A stretch of 64,000 nucleotides of DNA, from NCBI RefSeq assembly GCF_001194135.2, contig NC_068982.1, positions 30,298,602 through 30,362,601 on the forward strand, in the 5' to 3' direction. The position numbers were made by a program, and so were the translations under genes. This document shows positions 50,050 to 63,039 of this stretch, one piece after another. The notes beneath the pieces were generated by a model that made no database searches, was not told the DNA's origin, and worked only from the letters and a program-made list of their open reading frames with translations. This stretch comes from Octopus bimaculoides. Its lineage: Eukaryota. Each line of letters begins with the position of its first letter. The stretch's first letter is position 1.

Positions 50050-52020
50050 TATGTGTCTTGCCAAATTGAAATCCGTGGCCTATCTAACATTTATCTACCA
50101 TTCAGCTGTGTTGCTTTTATATTTGGATGCTAATATTTGTAGATACTCTGTTTCCATTTATATCTCAAACTTTTCTTTTTTTTTTTTTTCTTCCTTTGTG
50201 TGAATTACCGATGCCTCAAGTTGCTTAACAAACCAATTACTGAAGAAAATGTTTGGTATATTTAGTTGTATCGGAATCTCTGTTAGTCTTTGAATTCTAC
50301 AACATAACAAGATAACTTAGTATGAACTAAAAATACAAAAAGCCTGATAGGATGGTTAAAATTGGTAACTATACTTAGTGTATGATTTACATGTGTGAGG
50401 CAGGAAACAAAAAAAAAAAAAAGAACAACAGCAAAAATAGCAACACCAATATTATGGAGGTGAAGAATTGTTGTTAAAACCATTTACAAGTTTTCTATTG
50501 ATCATAATTATTGATTACACTTGCAAACTCAATACACTGTCTATTGGATAAGCCTTGATTTAAAAGATATTAAGCCGACATTCCACTGACATTTCGACTT
50601 GTCTTTTACATAGACCAATAAAAGTTCTGTGATATATTTGTTTTTATGTTTGAAAAAAATTTTTTGTTACATTTTTTGGCATAAGATATCAGCTTTATAT
50701 ATTCTTTAAATATAAGTCAAATTCTTAATTTTTGAATAGACATCATAGTCTGACCTTCTGAATGAGAGATTTCCATGTTGTTTTTGCTGGAAAACAATTA
50801 AGGTTATGTTTTGTATGACAGTGATGAAGCTTTACATTCAAGGAAACACAACATGTATATTTCTGTTAGTTTCTCTAATTGCTAAAGGCATTTTGATCCA
50901 ATGACCTTCATAACTTGGTGATAAAGCGATTACTTACTAAAGACATAAAAAAATGGGCATACACAAAACTTGAAGTGAGTTAATTTGCTATAGGGAGTAA
51001 AAACTCCATGTTTCAAACACTTGTCCTTAATTGAAAGAAAGAAATTTCAGAGCCCAAAACCAAAATTGTTAAGAAGTAATTGAGGATGGAGTGGGAGTGA
51101 ATTAAAGGGAAAGGAAGGAGAGAAATAAGTCTTGTGTGTTGTGGAAAGTGGTGAGTAGAGCAACATGGGAGAAAGCGAAGGTCAGAGACAGTGAATGAGT
51201 TTTACATACTATTTCATTAATACATGTTATACATACATACATGTATGTACACAGTCAGGTTGCTGCAGGAAAACTAACTTATAAATAATGTGGAATAATT
51301 TGCTAGTCCCTTGCAGGCCTTAAGAGCCATATGAGATGTCATTAACTATAAGGAAACGAGACATAAAGTGTTTCTCACAATGAAATCTGTTTAAGAAGTT
51401 ATTTGTCTTGGTTACGAGTTGACTTCTACCATTTATGTATGCATACATATGTATGTATTGATAAGTTATATGCTTGCGAAACATTGAACTTTGCCGTACC
51501 CACAAAGTATTGTAACTCTGTGCATACACGGGGCTCTCTCTCTCTGGTACATTCTGTTTACTTACCTGTTTCTGTCCAGCAAATTTCATTTGCAAGCTTT
51601 CATCAACCTGAAGGTATAATCAGAGACATTCAACCAAAGTGCCATGCCATTAATCAGCAGCTGGGGGATCAAACCCAGACTCACATAGATGCAGAAAATA
51701 ATACCTTAACCACACCGCCATGCATTCCTGCCTATAAGACATTATTTGCTGGGAGTAATTCACCCTTGTTTAAAAAAAGAGCAGAAAGGTATGAGTTTCA
51801 TGAATACCCAGCTAACCCACCAAAATCACAGCTTTCATACCCATTAAACCATTACTATTCATGTTCATTTGTATCATTGCCCAAAACTCCCTCTCAGTTG
51901 TCTTTATTAATTCATTGTTTTACTCTAAACATTCCATTCCATTCAGCAAAAAAATAAAGAAATAAATATGTCTTTGTTCCTTACGGGTTTCACAAAAATC
52001 ATCTCATTGTTTGCACCCCC

Positions 52021-52067
<47 letters not shown>

Positions 52068-52761
52068 ACACACAGCCACTTGCGTTATTTTCCTCTTTTA
52101 TTTCCCAGAACTTCTGCATTTCTTCCCAGGACTTTTGCCATTTGTTTTCCTGCCTTTATATACTTTATATATATATATATATATATATATACATTTATTT
52201 ATTTAAATATCCTCGTACTCAATTAATGTTAGTCTTTGTGCTACTGTTTTCCTATTTTATTTCCAAGATTTCAAAGGTCATTGATTTTTTTTTTCTTCTT
52301 CTTCTTTAAGTCTATTACTGCTTTTGGCTGAATTTACTTTTACTTTACTAACTTCAGTGCATTCCCTATAGTGTTGTATAACCATCTGGCATAAAATTAC
52401 TTTGTTTGAAAGAACCAAAGTTATTTTTTCAGTTTCTTCCAAATTATTATTATTATTTTTGTCTCATTTTTAAAGTTGTATTTTTTTTTCTGTGCCTGAT
52501 ATAGTAAATATTAAGATGCATTATTATTATTATTGTTGTTTGTTGTTTTTATTATCATTATCATCATCATCATCATTATTATTATTATTATTATTATTGA
52601 TTTATATGTTTATCTTTTTCACATTTTATAGGATAGTAAACAAGTTAGGCAATTTTGATTCAGCCCTTGAAATTTTCTTGTAAAGCAGACAGTATTTCAA
52701 TTTCACATTTGCTTTCCCCATGTCAGCATAGGAGTGAAGGTATATCATCATTACCACCACC

Positions 52762-52795
<34 letters not shown>

Positions 52796-52939
52796 TTGTT
52801 TATTGCCCACTTTTTTCATGCTCACATGGATCGGATGTAATTTGTTGAAACAGGTTTTCTACATCTAGATGTCCTCCCTGTTGCCAGGCCTCATCTGTTT
52901 GCAAACAATAGGTATTATTTTTAAACATCTGTTTTATAA

Positions 52940-53180
52940 GCACAGGTGTGGCTGTGTGGTAAGAAACTTGCTTCTCAACCACATGGTTTTGGGTTCAGTC
53001 CCACTGTGTGGCTCTTTGGGCAAATATCTTCTCCTATAGCCTTGTGGGTGGATTTACTAGATAGAAACTGAAAGAAGCCCATTGTATATATGTATATGTA
53101 AATATTTATGTGGCTGTGTTTGTTCCACCACCATTGCCTGACAACTGATGTTGGTGTGTTTACATCCCCATAGCTTAAAT
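52940..53180 (+). mobile_element. SINE-B, truncated
   Basis: CACAGGTGTGGCTGTGTGGTAAGAAAC...GAAACTGAAAGAAGCCC. Confidence 0.85.
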
Positions 53181-54105
53181 TGTGGAGGATGGGTAGCAAT
53201 GCTGATTTTTATCTAACTTGGAACATTTTATCTACCCTGAAAAGTGAAGTTGATCTCAAATTTAAACGCAAAGTTAAATTTCCAATCATTTCTCTACTCA
53301 GAACTACACATTTCTAAAATTAAATCATATGTACAAATTATCTTACATTGAGGTTTGGTTTTAAATAGTGTAAATTTATATCTATCAATAAAAAAATAAC
53401 ATCTTCAATATACTCTTCAGCAATTATATATTCTTAATGTAGGAAATAGATTTGCATATAAATTATTGTTATTGAATTAATAAGTAAAATCATTAATTTA
53501 AAATACGTTAGTAAATTGAATGACAATTTAAATGAAGAAAAGATATTTATAACATTGTGTTGACAGATTCTGTAATAGCAGCTTGCTGATTTCATAATAA
53601 GAAATGATTCTTAATGGATTAAGTTAAATAATACATATATATATTCTTAATGGATTAATATCGATAATATAGTTCCTGTGTGTGTGTGAGGTGTGTTGGA
53701 GGACGTATGTATGAGACTTCCTTGTAATATACATGCAAAATAGTTTTTACATTACAATATTACATATTATGGTAAAATTATTAGGAATGCTGGTTTTTGT
53801 AATGCATTAGATACCTACCTGTATGTATTTGCATGTGTGTATGTGTTTGTGTGTATACATGTGTGTGCATATACATTGCATACATATATATGTTTGTTTA
53901 ATCCTATCTACTTCATACTTTGAAGGCCCACTGTAACACTTTATCACCACTAAAAGTGGTTGGTGTTACAAAAGACATCCATCTTTAAGAACCATGACAA
54001 AGCAGATACTAGATGAGAATGTTGTCCTTGAGTCCATTAGATCCTGTAATCATCTAACTTGTGCCAGCATGGAACATGGATGTTAAATGATGATGAGGGT
54101 ATATA

Positions 54106-54180
<75 letters not shown>

Positions 54181-54219
54181 GATGTAAGCAATCAAGTTTG
54201 TTTTCGAAGCATTGAAATG

Positions 54220-54408
54220 TATTGTAGAACAAGTAGAAAAGTAAATCTTAATCAATGCGTGGATACTGAACAGTATATATATAAAGGATAAATTCCTTTT
54301 TCTTTTTTTTTTCTGCTTTTAAAAGAAAAAAAGGATTTTATCTTTTGTATATATACTGGTCAGTATCCACGCATTGATTAAAATTATCTTTCTACTTGTT
54401 CTACAATA
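54220..54408. mobile_element. Fold-back element / MITE (~85-90 bp inverted arms)
   Basis: TATTGTAGAACAAGTAGAAA...TCAATGCGTGGATACTGA mirrored by TCAGTATCCACGCATTGA...TTTCTACTTGTTCTACAATA. TA at both ends. Confidence 0.85.
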
Positions 54409-54424
54409 AATATATATATATTCA

Positions 54425-54990
54425 TTTAGCCATAGCCTCAAGATGGCTCCCAAACCCAGTGTATGTGTTCTTCACTATATCCCTGGGAAGATCTTTAAAC
54501 ACTTCCTTGGTCTTCACCTTGGTGTTGCAGGAAGAGCAGTTAGTGTCTTTTTCAACCATGTCTCACACATAGCAGTCCATGGGATTACAATCAGAGGAAT
54601 TAAGAGGCCAGAAATTGGGGCTAATGAAGTCATAGTTATTCGCCAACGACTGCTTCTGATTCTTTCCGGTGGTATAGCAAGGAGTCAAATCCTGCTACCA
54701 CACAATTGATCTTTCAGCAGCCACCCCCTCCAGCCAAGATTTGACCAGTCTCTAGCAGCTTCACATAACCATCTGAATTGAGCCGAAGTCCCGAATCAAA
54801 GATGTGGGAATGAATTCTGGTATGCAGATGCAGTCAGAGTGACTGCTGTGTCCCTTCATACTGGCCTCAGCTTTGTAGTCTCCATTGTAGCTATCCATGT
54901 CATGTCTTACAGCATTTACATTGTCCACATATGATTGAGCAGCAGTCATGGTGTCATAATTATGATACCCAGTGCAAATCATCATAATAC
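54425..54990 (-). pseudogene. Internally deleted DD37D (maT/Bmmar1-like) Tc1-mariner transposase
   Basis: HIFDSGLRLNSDGYVKLLET...VW*QD(54689)-37 codons-NPMD(54575), WPLNSSDCNPMD, VEKDTN. N-terminal HSSHSDCICIPEFI is joined directly to HIF at ~54808. Confidence 0.9.
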
Positions 54991-55173
54991 AGGAAACTCT
55001 TTACAGATATTCAGATGGCTTCCAGTATTCTATATCATTTTAGCCTTTTCTCAATTACAACTTTAATTAATCTTTATGTTTTCCAACATCATTGACTGTT
55101 CACTAATACATCAAACTGTTCCTGAAAAAAAAACTTAAGAAATCATTAAAATTAACCCAAATACCCTCTAAAG

Positions 55174-55524
55174 CAGTGGTTCTCAACAAGAGTCCACATG
55201 GCCCTTGTGGGTACATATAAGAATTTTGGAGGCCCATGTCACAAAATAGTAAATTGGGGATAACAATACTATTTTTAAGGGCCTCCTGAAAAAATTTTGC
55301 TCTATATGTATGTATTTGTATGTATTACAAGAAGCATCGAGGTTTCTTTCTCTAACATTTTGTATAGTTCAGCCTACACAAGTTAATGTGTGATGAACAA
55401 AATAGGAACTTTGAAAGACGCATCTATGAAACTAGTTTTTAAACATTGAATAGTTATGGGGTCCACCAGAATAGAATAGTAATCAAAGAGGTCCATAGAT
55501 AAAAAAAATGGTTAAGAACCTCTT
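55174..55524. mobile_element. hAT (Charlie-like) MITE
   Basis: CAGTGGTTCTCAAC / GTTAAGAACCTCTT termini with perfect 8-bp TSD CTCTAAAG (55166-55173, 55525-55532). Confidence 0.9.
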
Positions 55525-56128
55525 CTCTAAAGTACTTGAAACTAACTTTATTGGAACATGATTCTTCTCAGATGAGCTGATGCATGAAAAACAAAAAAAA
55601 ATCTATTGGAAATATGTCACATAGCAAACTCATCAGTATATTGACAACACCAATGATGGTGATGATGACAATATGTTAGAATGTGAGATGTATTGGTTAT
55701 TTTAACATTGAGACAGTTACAAAGAATGACTAAGTTACATTATTTATGAGATATTGTGCTACATACCATTAGGGAAATAACTTGACCAACCGGATTAAAC
55801 TGGACATAGTTATTTGAAACTGTTGAGTGGGGAGAAAGACCAAAAAAAAAAAAAAAATGTGGCAAAACAAAAAAAACAGTAAAGTATGTAATTCATGTGT
55901 CATGTTCTGCTGTCAGAGACTTTTTAAAATGAATGAATTAAGATGTCCAAATATAAACATTTACAAATAGAAAAATATCAAGTAGGAAATTATTGACATA
56001 ATAGATGTGCCTGTGACATCATTATTATTATTATTATTATTGTTATTATTATTATTGTTGTTGTTGTTGTTGTTGTTAAAAAGAAGTCTTCGTCATCATC
56101 ATTACTATTATTATTATTATTATTATTA

Positions 56129-56174
<46 letters not shown>

Positions 56175-57317
56175 CAAAAGTAGATGGAAGTGGACCACAG
56201 AAATAAATATCCCATCAAACCAATTCTTTGGCTTGAAAATTGCAGAAAACTAGTTATTTTAAGAAGCTTCCGCTGTCTTCAAATAATCATACCAAAGTGA
56301 ACAACATATATTTCAAAATAACTACTCAAACATACACACACATACCAACACTCATGCACGCACACACACACACACACCATTACTCATGCACACATACACA
56401 CACACACACATCCATTACCTTCTTTTTTTAACTTGATAAGTCTAGAGGAAAAGGCAACACCTATGTGTTCTACAGACCCACCTGAAAATAGCAAAGAATT
56501 TATTAAAGTGACTTCATTATTATTTAGCTGGTGTTTAGAATGTATATCAACTTGAAATTTTGATGAAAGTTTTTAATGCACATCACTTGTAAAATAGGTT
56601 GTTTGTATCATAGAACTATAGACAGCCTCAGGCAGTTTGGTATCAAAAGTTTTAGTGTTCAAGAGAATGAACATTCTAGGGAAGTAGGACTGGGCTTACT
56701 AATTTCTGTGAGGCCTGCAGACGTTTTGAAAATAAGGGTGGTGAGATGTATAAAAATAGGGTAGAATAGGAATGTACAAGAAAAGTTTGGTTGACAACTA
56801 TATAGATGCCTTTTTAAGAGATTGTTCCTCTTATATACTGTGAGACTTTATCCATCCCCTATTTCAACCTTTTGATACCAGCCCCCATGAGACTGACTTT
56901 GGTTCTGTGATTCAAAACATTTCATTTTCAAATATTCATATTTAAATTAAAAATCTCTCATCAAGCTCATGAAAGAAACTTTTAGTAAGTTATGCTCCTA
57001 ATACCAGTGTAGTAATTACACAAAAATTAATTATTTTACTTAATCTCTTTAAACTCTTAATTATTTTCCGAAATTAATTAAAACCTATGGATTATGTATT
57101 TCATTAGCCACAAGTTCAAGAAAGTGTAAAACTTCACCACCTCACCCTTGAGTGCTTTCACTGGAATTTATTCAGTTTTAAGCATTCAAACCCAGTCTAT
57201 TGTGTAGTGTACATTCCTGTTTTCTTCTCATCAGTCTTGGCAGTTCTCGAAAACCATCTTAAGTGCTGCCCATAATTCATTGATTAAGTAATTAAAAATA
57301 ACTAAATGCACTCATAC

Positions 57318-57665
57318 AGATGCAGCGTGGTTGTGTGGTAAGAAGCTTCCCAACATACTTCCGTTGCACTTTGGTCAAGTGTTTTCTACTATAGCCTTGG
57401 GCCAACCAAAGCCTTGTGAGTGGGTTTAGTAGACGGAAACTGAAAGAAGCCTGTCGCATATATATATGTGTGTGTGCGTGTGTGTCTGTTTGATCCCCCA
57501 CCATCGCTTGACAGCCAATGTTGGTGTGTTTATGCCCCCATAACTTAATAGTTTGGCAAAAGAGACCAATAGAATAAGTACTAGGCTTGGAAAGAATAAG
57601 TCTTAAGGCCGGTGATCCAGCATGGCTGCAGTCCAATGACTGAAAACAAGTAGAAGAATAAAAGA
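57318..57665 (+). mobile_element. SINE-B
   Basis: GCAGCGTGGTTGTGTGGTAAGAAG...GACTGAAAACAAGTAGAAG. Confidence 0.88.
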
Positions 57666-58639
57666 ATATCATAATAGCAAGTATAGATGCGTGGTTAAAA
57701 AGTTCTTTACAATCATATGGCTTCTGGTTCAATCTCACCTCAAGGCATCTTGGGTAAGCAAAGCAGGCCGGCTAATGTGATATTTCTGAATTTTTAATGA
57801 GAATCTTCAAAAGCCTGTTGCATATGAGTGTGTATGTGTGCATTTCTGTGTTCATAAATCTGTTTGAATGTTCACTTTCTCTACTGAGTTGTGCAGCAGA
57901 GGGCATGATTTATTCAAAGCAGAAGTCTGTTTGAATCTTTCATCCTCTACTTGACTCAGTCATTAGACTGTGACCATAGTGGGGCACCACCTTGAAGAAT
58001 ATTTTAGTCGAGTGAATTGATCCCAGTATAGTGATACCTCACAGTACAAGCTTAATTCGTTCCATGACTGAGCTCGTTTCACAATTTACTCGTTTTACAA
58101 ATCAATTTTCCCCATTGAACTTTCACAGAATTTTGTCAGTGAACAGGTTGCAGTCTCAAAGCGAAGAAAATATTTTGGCAAATTAAATTTAAATGTTGAA
58201 GTGAATCTAACGGTTTTTGTGTGTTTCTTAAATGGCTTATAAACACCTTCCACGCTGTAATTGTTTTCGCTCCAGCACACAATCTCAGATCAGGTCGCTT
58301 GCTATGCAAGTACATCTCCGTAAAATATAATTAATATACTAAAATTTAATTAATCCATTCCAGCCTCAAAATTCACTCAAATATAATTTTTCATAGGTTT
58401 TTAAAACAGAAAATGTGTAGTTACAAGTAAAATGACAATTATAGAAAAGAGAATGCAAAAGAAATATGTAAACTGGTTTTATTAACTGAATTACCTTAAC
58501 AATGGGACAGTTTGTATGCTTGTACTGCAGATTTCCACTCATACTTTAAGACAAAAATTTGCACAAGTCTTGGTTCATACAGCAAGTTACTTGTACAATG
58601 GTGCACTCATACTGCAAGGTTCTACTGTACTTATTTTTG

Positions 58640-59175
58640 TTAATCCTGTTACTTACTCTGTTAGTCTCTTTTCCTGAACCACTAATTTAAAAGGATATAA
58701 ACACCCCAACACTGGTTGTCAAACAGTAGTGGGAGTACAAACACCAACACACACACACATAATGGACTTCTTTCAGCTTCTTATTTCTTTATTATCCACA
58801 AGGGGCTAAACATAGAGGGGACAAACAAGGACAGATAAATGGATTAAGTCGATTATAATGACTCCAGTGCGTAACTGGTACTTATTTAATTGACCCCGAA
58901 AGGATGAAAGGCTAAGTCGACCTTGGCGGAATTTGAACTCAGAACGTAGTGGCAGATGAAATACCGTTAAGCATTTTGCCCGTCGTGCTAACATTTCTGA
59001 CAGCTTGCCTTATTTCAGTTTCTTTCAGTTTCTGTCTGTCAGCTTCACTCACAAGGCTTTGGTTGGCTCGAGGCTATAGTAGAAGACACTTGCCCAAGGT
59101 GCCACGCAGTGGGACTGAACCCAGGACCATGTGGTTGGGAAGCAAACTTCTTACTACACAGTCATGCCTATGCCT
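58640..59175 (-). mobile_element. SINE-B interrupted by SINE-C (58781-59011)
   Basis: TSD TTCTTTCAGCTTC (58768-58780) / TTCTTTCAGTTTC (59020-59032). Confidence 0.85.
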
Positions 59176-60123
59176 ATATATTCATATTCTGCTCTGAGTG
59201 GAGCTGTGGATGGCATGATTAATTGAGCTTTCTCTGTCAATAACTCAACCAATTTGCATAGACAAATGAAACAAAAACTCACCTGAAATACAAGTGAGGG
59301 TTAGTGACAGGAAGGGCATCTGGTTATAAAACAACGCCCCGATAATATGCATTCACCTATTTATGTATTAAGCATGGGAAAACATTTGTAAGATAAATGA
59401 AGAGACAAACAACTACACACAATAACAATGTAAAAGCTAGATGTACATGTTGATGCATTTATAACAGAAATAACATTAACACCCTAGATTTCTCGAAACA
59501 CTCTGATGGCATATGCGCTGAATATCAGCACAAATCGAAATCAGTTTTCACATTCTGATAAAATTACATATTATGATTATTTCTTACTGGATTTGTTTGC
59601 TGCTTCATTAGATTCCATCTTATCTCTTATATTCCCGGCTTTTCAGTTGTTTTGATTCGTACTTGTTAAAAGGAAGCATTTTTCTCTTTTTGTCTCTCTA
59701 TAAACTTCTAAATAGTGTAAGGTCTGTTTATCTTTACACATACACACGCATGCAATTGTTGTCTTTTTGTATTGTTGTTGTTGTTGTTATTATCATTATC
59801 ATCATTATTATTATTATTATCATTAGAATTTATTTATTTTATTTATTTTTTTAATTTTATTTATTTATTTATTTTCCATTTACTTCATTAATTAGAAATC
59901 ATGATTCTGAATCAGGAAAACAACATGACCTTTTACGAATAATTTGTGTCTTTGTCTTGTGTTGTTTCTGTTGTTATTTTCTTTCTCTCTTGAATTGAAT
60001 TTTTTTTTTTAATATATATATATTTTTTAATTAATCAATTTATTATTCCATTTTGATGATTAGTCTATATATAGCACATATATTTCAGTGTGTAATGGTC
60101 TCAACATAGGTTTTTGAATGGTG

Positions 60124-60188
<65 letters not shown>

Positions 60189-60544
60189 TGCACATGCATA
60201 CCCACACACACTCTTTTACGAAATGCTGTATCCTATCATGTTTAGGTTCATCTATGATGCTATGTTTCTATTCTAATTATTATCATTGTTATTTTTTAAA
60301 ATTATTTTTGTTTTTGTTTGGATTTAAGAAAGGAAAAATGTAGTATTCTTCAGTTTGTTCTCATTCTATGAAACCTGGCAATGTCATTACACTCTTCCAC
60401 TGTTGAATCCATATTATTCCCAATCCGTTACAAGATGTGATTTGAAATTCTTCAAGTAACAGCACACCCAGTAAGGAGTATCTTGGATATTTCAGCTTGC
60501 ATAGGCCATTTGAACTTGCCTGTTTGTTAAATATTATGACTGTT

Positions 60545-60958
60545 AGCAGGAGTGGCTGTGTGGTAAGTAGCTTGCTTACCAACCACATGGTTCCGGGTTC
60601 ATTCCCTCTGCGTGGCACCTTGGCCAAGTGTCTTCTACTATAGCCTCGAGCCGACCAAAGCCTTGTGAGTGGATTTGGTAGACGGAAACTGAAAGAAGCT
60701 CGTCGTATATATGTATATATATATTTATATGTGTATGTATGCGTTTGTGTGTCTGTGTTTGTCCCCCCAACATCGCTTGACAGCCAATGCTGGTGTGTTT
60801 ACGTCCCTGTAACTTAGCGGTTCGGCAAAAGAGACCGATAGAATAAGTACCAGGCTTACAAAGAATAAGTCCTGAGGTCGATTTGCTCGACTAAAGGCGG
60901 TGCTCCAGCATGGCCACAGTGAAATGACTGAAACAAGTAAAAGAGTTTTAAAAGAGTA
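60545..60958 (+). mobile_element. SINE-B, full length, young
   Basis: GCAGGAGTGGCTGTGTGGTAAG...CAAGTAAAAGAG, CpG largely preserved. Confidence 0.93.
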
Positions 60959-61063
60959 ACTAATTATATTTCATATCCGTGACAAGTCCCTATTTCCATA
61001 GCCAAACACTGACATTGCTGTGTGCTCATATATTTCAATCCTATTGTAGTGTGCCCTGGCAGG

Positions 61064-61096
<33 letters not shown>

Positions 61097-61849
61097 TAAA
61101 ATGATGAGAATAAGTGCCCAACACCACACTGGTGGATAAAATTTCTTTATGCATTAAGGCTACTATTGGTGTCATGTTAAGAAAAAATATCTTAATACCT
61201 TAACAGTTTTTCAAGTCAGTCACATGTAGGAATGGTGTTCACTTTTATTTTAGATTTTAAAAAATACATATATATATTATCCAAGTGAGAAAATTATTCT
61301 GTCAAGAGCATATAAACACAAATAATGTTATTGTTTGAATTTTCTGGATGTTCACTTACATCAACACTTTACATTGCACTACTTTATAAATGATTACTTC
61401 ATGGACTGATAGCCGAATCCAAACGAGTAACTTACTGTGAAAGCTGCATTATCCTCTGAGTCCAGATCAAATACAACTAATTTCTCTGTCTGTCTGTCTG
61501 TCTGTCTCTCAGCTTTATTTAATAATCTATCTCACATATACACTTGCATTCACAGATTTCTACACACATTTATATGTATATATGAAAATTCAAACAGATA
61601 ATGATGCATGTTAATGCAGGCTGCAACACATAAACACATTTATGCAATTGTACATCAGTGAATGTGATACAACTTAATGTGAATGCTCGTATGGACAGAC
61701 ATAAACTTGATATGTATATGTGTGTGTATGTATGTATTTACTTGTGAGAACATACATATACACACATTAATATACTGGTTGTGGCATATGTATTTACCCA
61801 TTATTCAATTTCATAATAAAATAGAATGCTGTTAATGAAAGTTTACAGG

Positions 61850-62160
61850 CTGGTTGTTAAAAAGCATCTGTGCTGGTGCCATGTAAATAGCATCCCGTAT
61901 ACCCGTACAGCCATAAAAGCCTTGCCAAAACAGACAATTGGAGCCTGGTGCAGCTCCTCTATTTGCCAGCTCCTGCCAAACTGTCTAACGCATGCCAGCA
62001 TGGAAAACGGACATTAAATAATAATGTTAAATATATATAAATAGAAAGAGAGATGTGAGACTTAGCAACAAGAAGGGATCCTAGCCATAGGAAACTTACC
62101 ACTAAGAATTCCATCCCACCCATGCAAGTATGGAAATGTGGATATTAAAACGACGATACT
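61850..62160 (+). mobile_element. Two RTE-type 3' tail modules
   Basis: GGAGCCTGGTGCAGC...CATGCCAGCATGGAAAACGGACATTAAA, with a second at 62070-62160. Confidence 0.75.
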
Positions 62161-63039
62161 GTCTGATGAGTAAGAGCTAGGACTGTAGGATAAAGAGGTT
62201 CTGTTAGCAGTGATAGAGAAATTGTTCACAAAATATTATATGTTGGCACAGCAGGAAGCAGGGAATATTTCCTTATCGTGATGACCAGGTTTCTATGCTT
62301 GTAACAGAGTGGTCTGTGCTAAAATGACCCAAGGTGATGCTGCTAGAGTGGGTAAGGTGGTAGCTTAATTTACCACCTAAAATGCATACGACTATCAGTT
62401 CTTATTTACCCACTTTCACTCAACAATTTGGGGCTATGTTACTGGAGATTTGATTAAAGTGCTAAGCAGTGCAATCAAACCCAGACTCATATGATACCGA
62501 AACAAGTGTCTCAGTTATACTGCAAAGCCTAAGCCCCTTTTAACTATCTCTTCTTGTCTTGCATACTCCTTCTTTTTCATGCACCTTGCCTACAGGTGTT
62601 GGTGATGATGGGTCTCTATGTGAATGCCTGAAGATTCAGGAGTTTTCTCACCACTGATTTCCTGTTGCCCCCTGCTTTTATTCTTTTTGTGTTCTTTTTT
62701 TATTTATCGTTTATCTATTACTTGCTTGAGTCATTAGCTTGCAGCCATGCTGGGGCATTGCCTTGGAGAACTTTTAGTCAAATGAAGTGATTCCAGTACC
62801 TTTATTTAAAGCTTGGTTCTCAGTCTATCAGTTTTTTTGCCAAAACACTAAATTATGGAAAGATAAAGAAACCAATACTGATTGTTAAATGGCAATGGAG
62901 GATAAGCGCCAACACAAAGACCCACACACACACCCATACACACACATTTACAGCTTTTACATCTCACTTACGATGGAATACTCAGCCTATGGAATCCATA
63001 TTCAGTATAATTATCCACACTTTTCACTGTTCTAGAAAC

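Noticed and set aside
51403-51957. 184-aa ORF and a 42-nt exon-like segment with GTAAGT donor (minus, 51563-51604)
   Set aside because: The core lies in a decayed SINE-B head and the rest is low complexity.
58040-58400. CpG-containing block, possibly a pogo-type MITE end with a nested insert or variant ribozyme
   Set aside because: No second copy, terminal repeat pair or core boxes could be confirmed in the window.
62160-62200. CTGATGAG hammerhead-like box
   Set aside because: No downstream GAAA box or closing helices.
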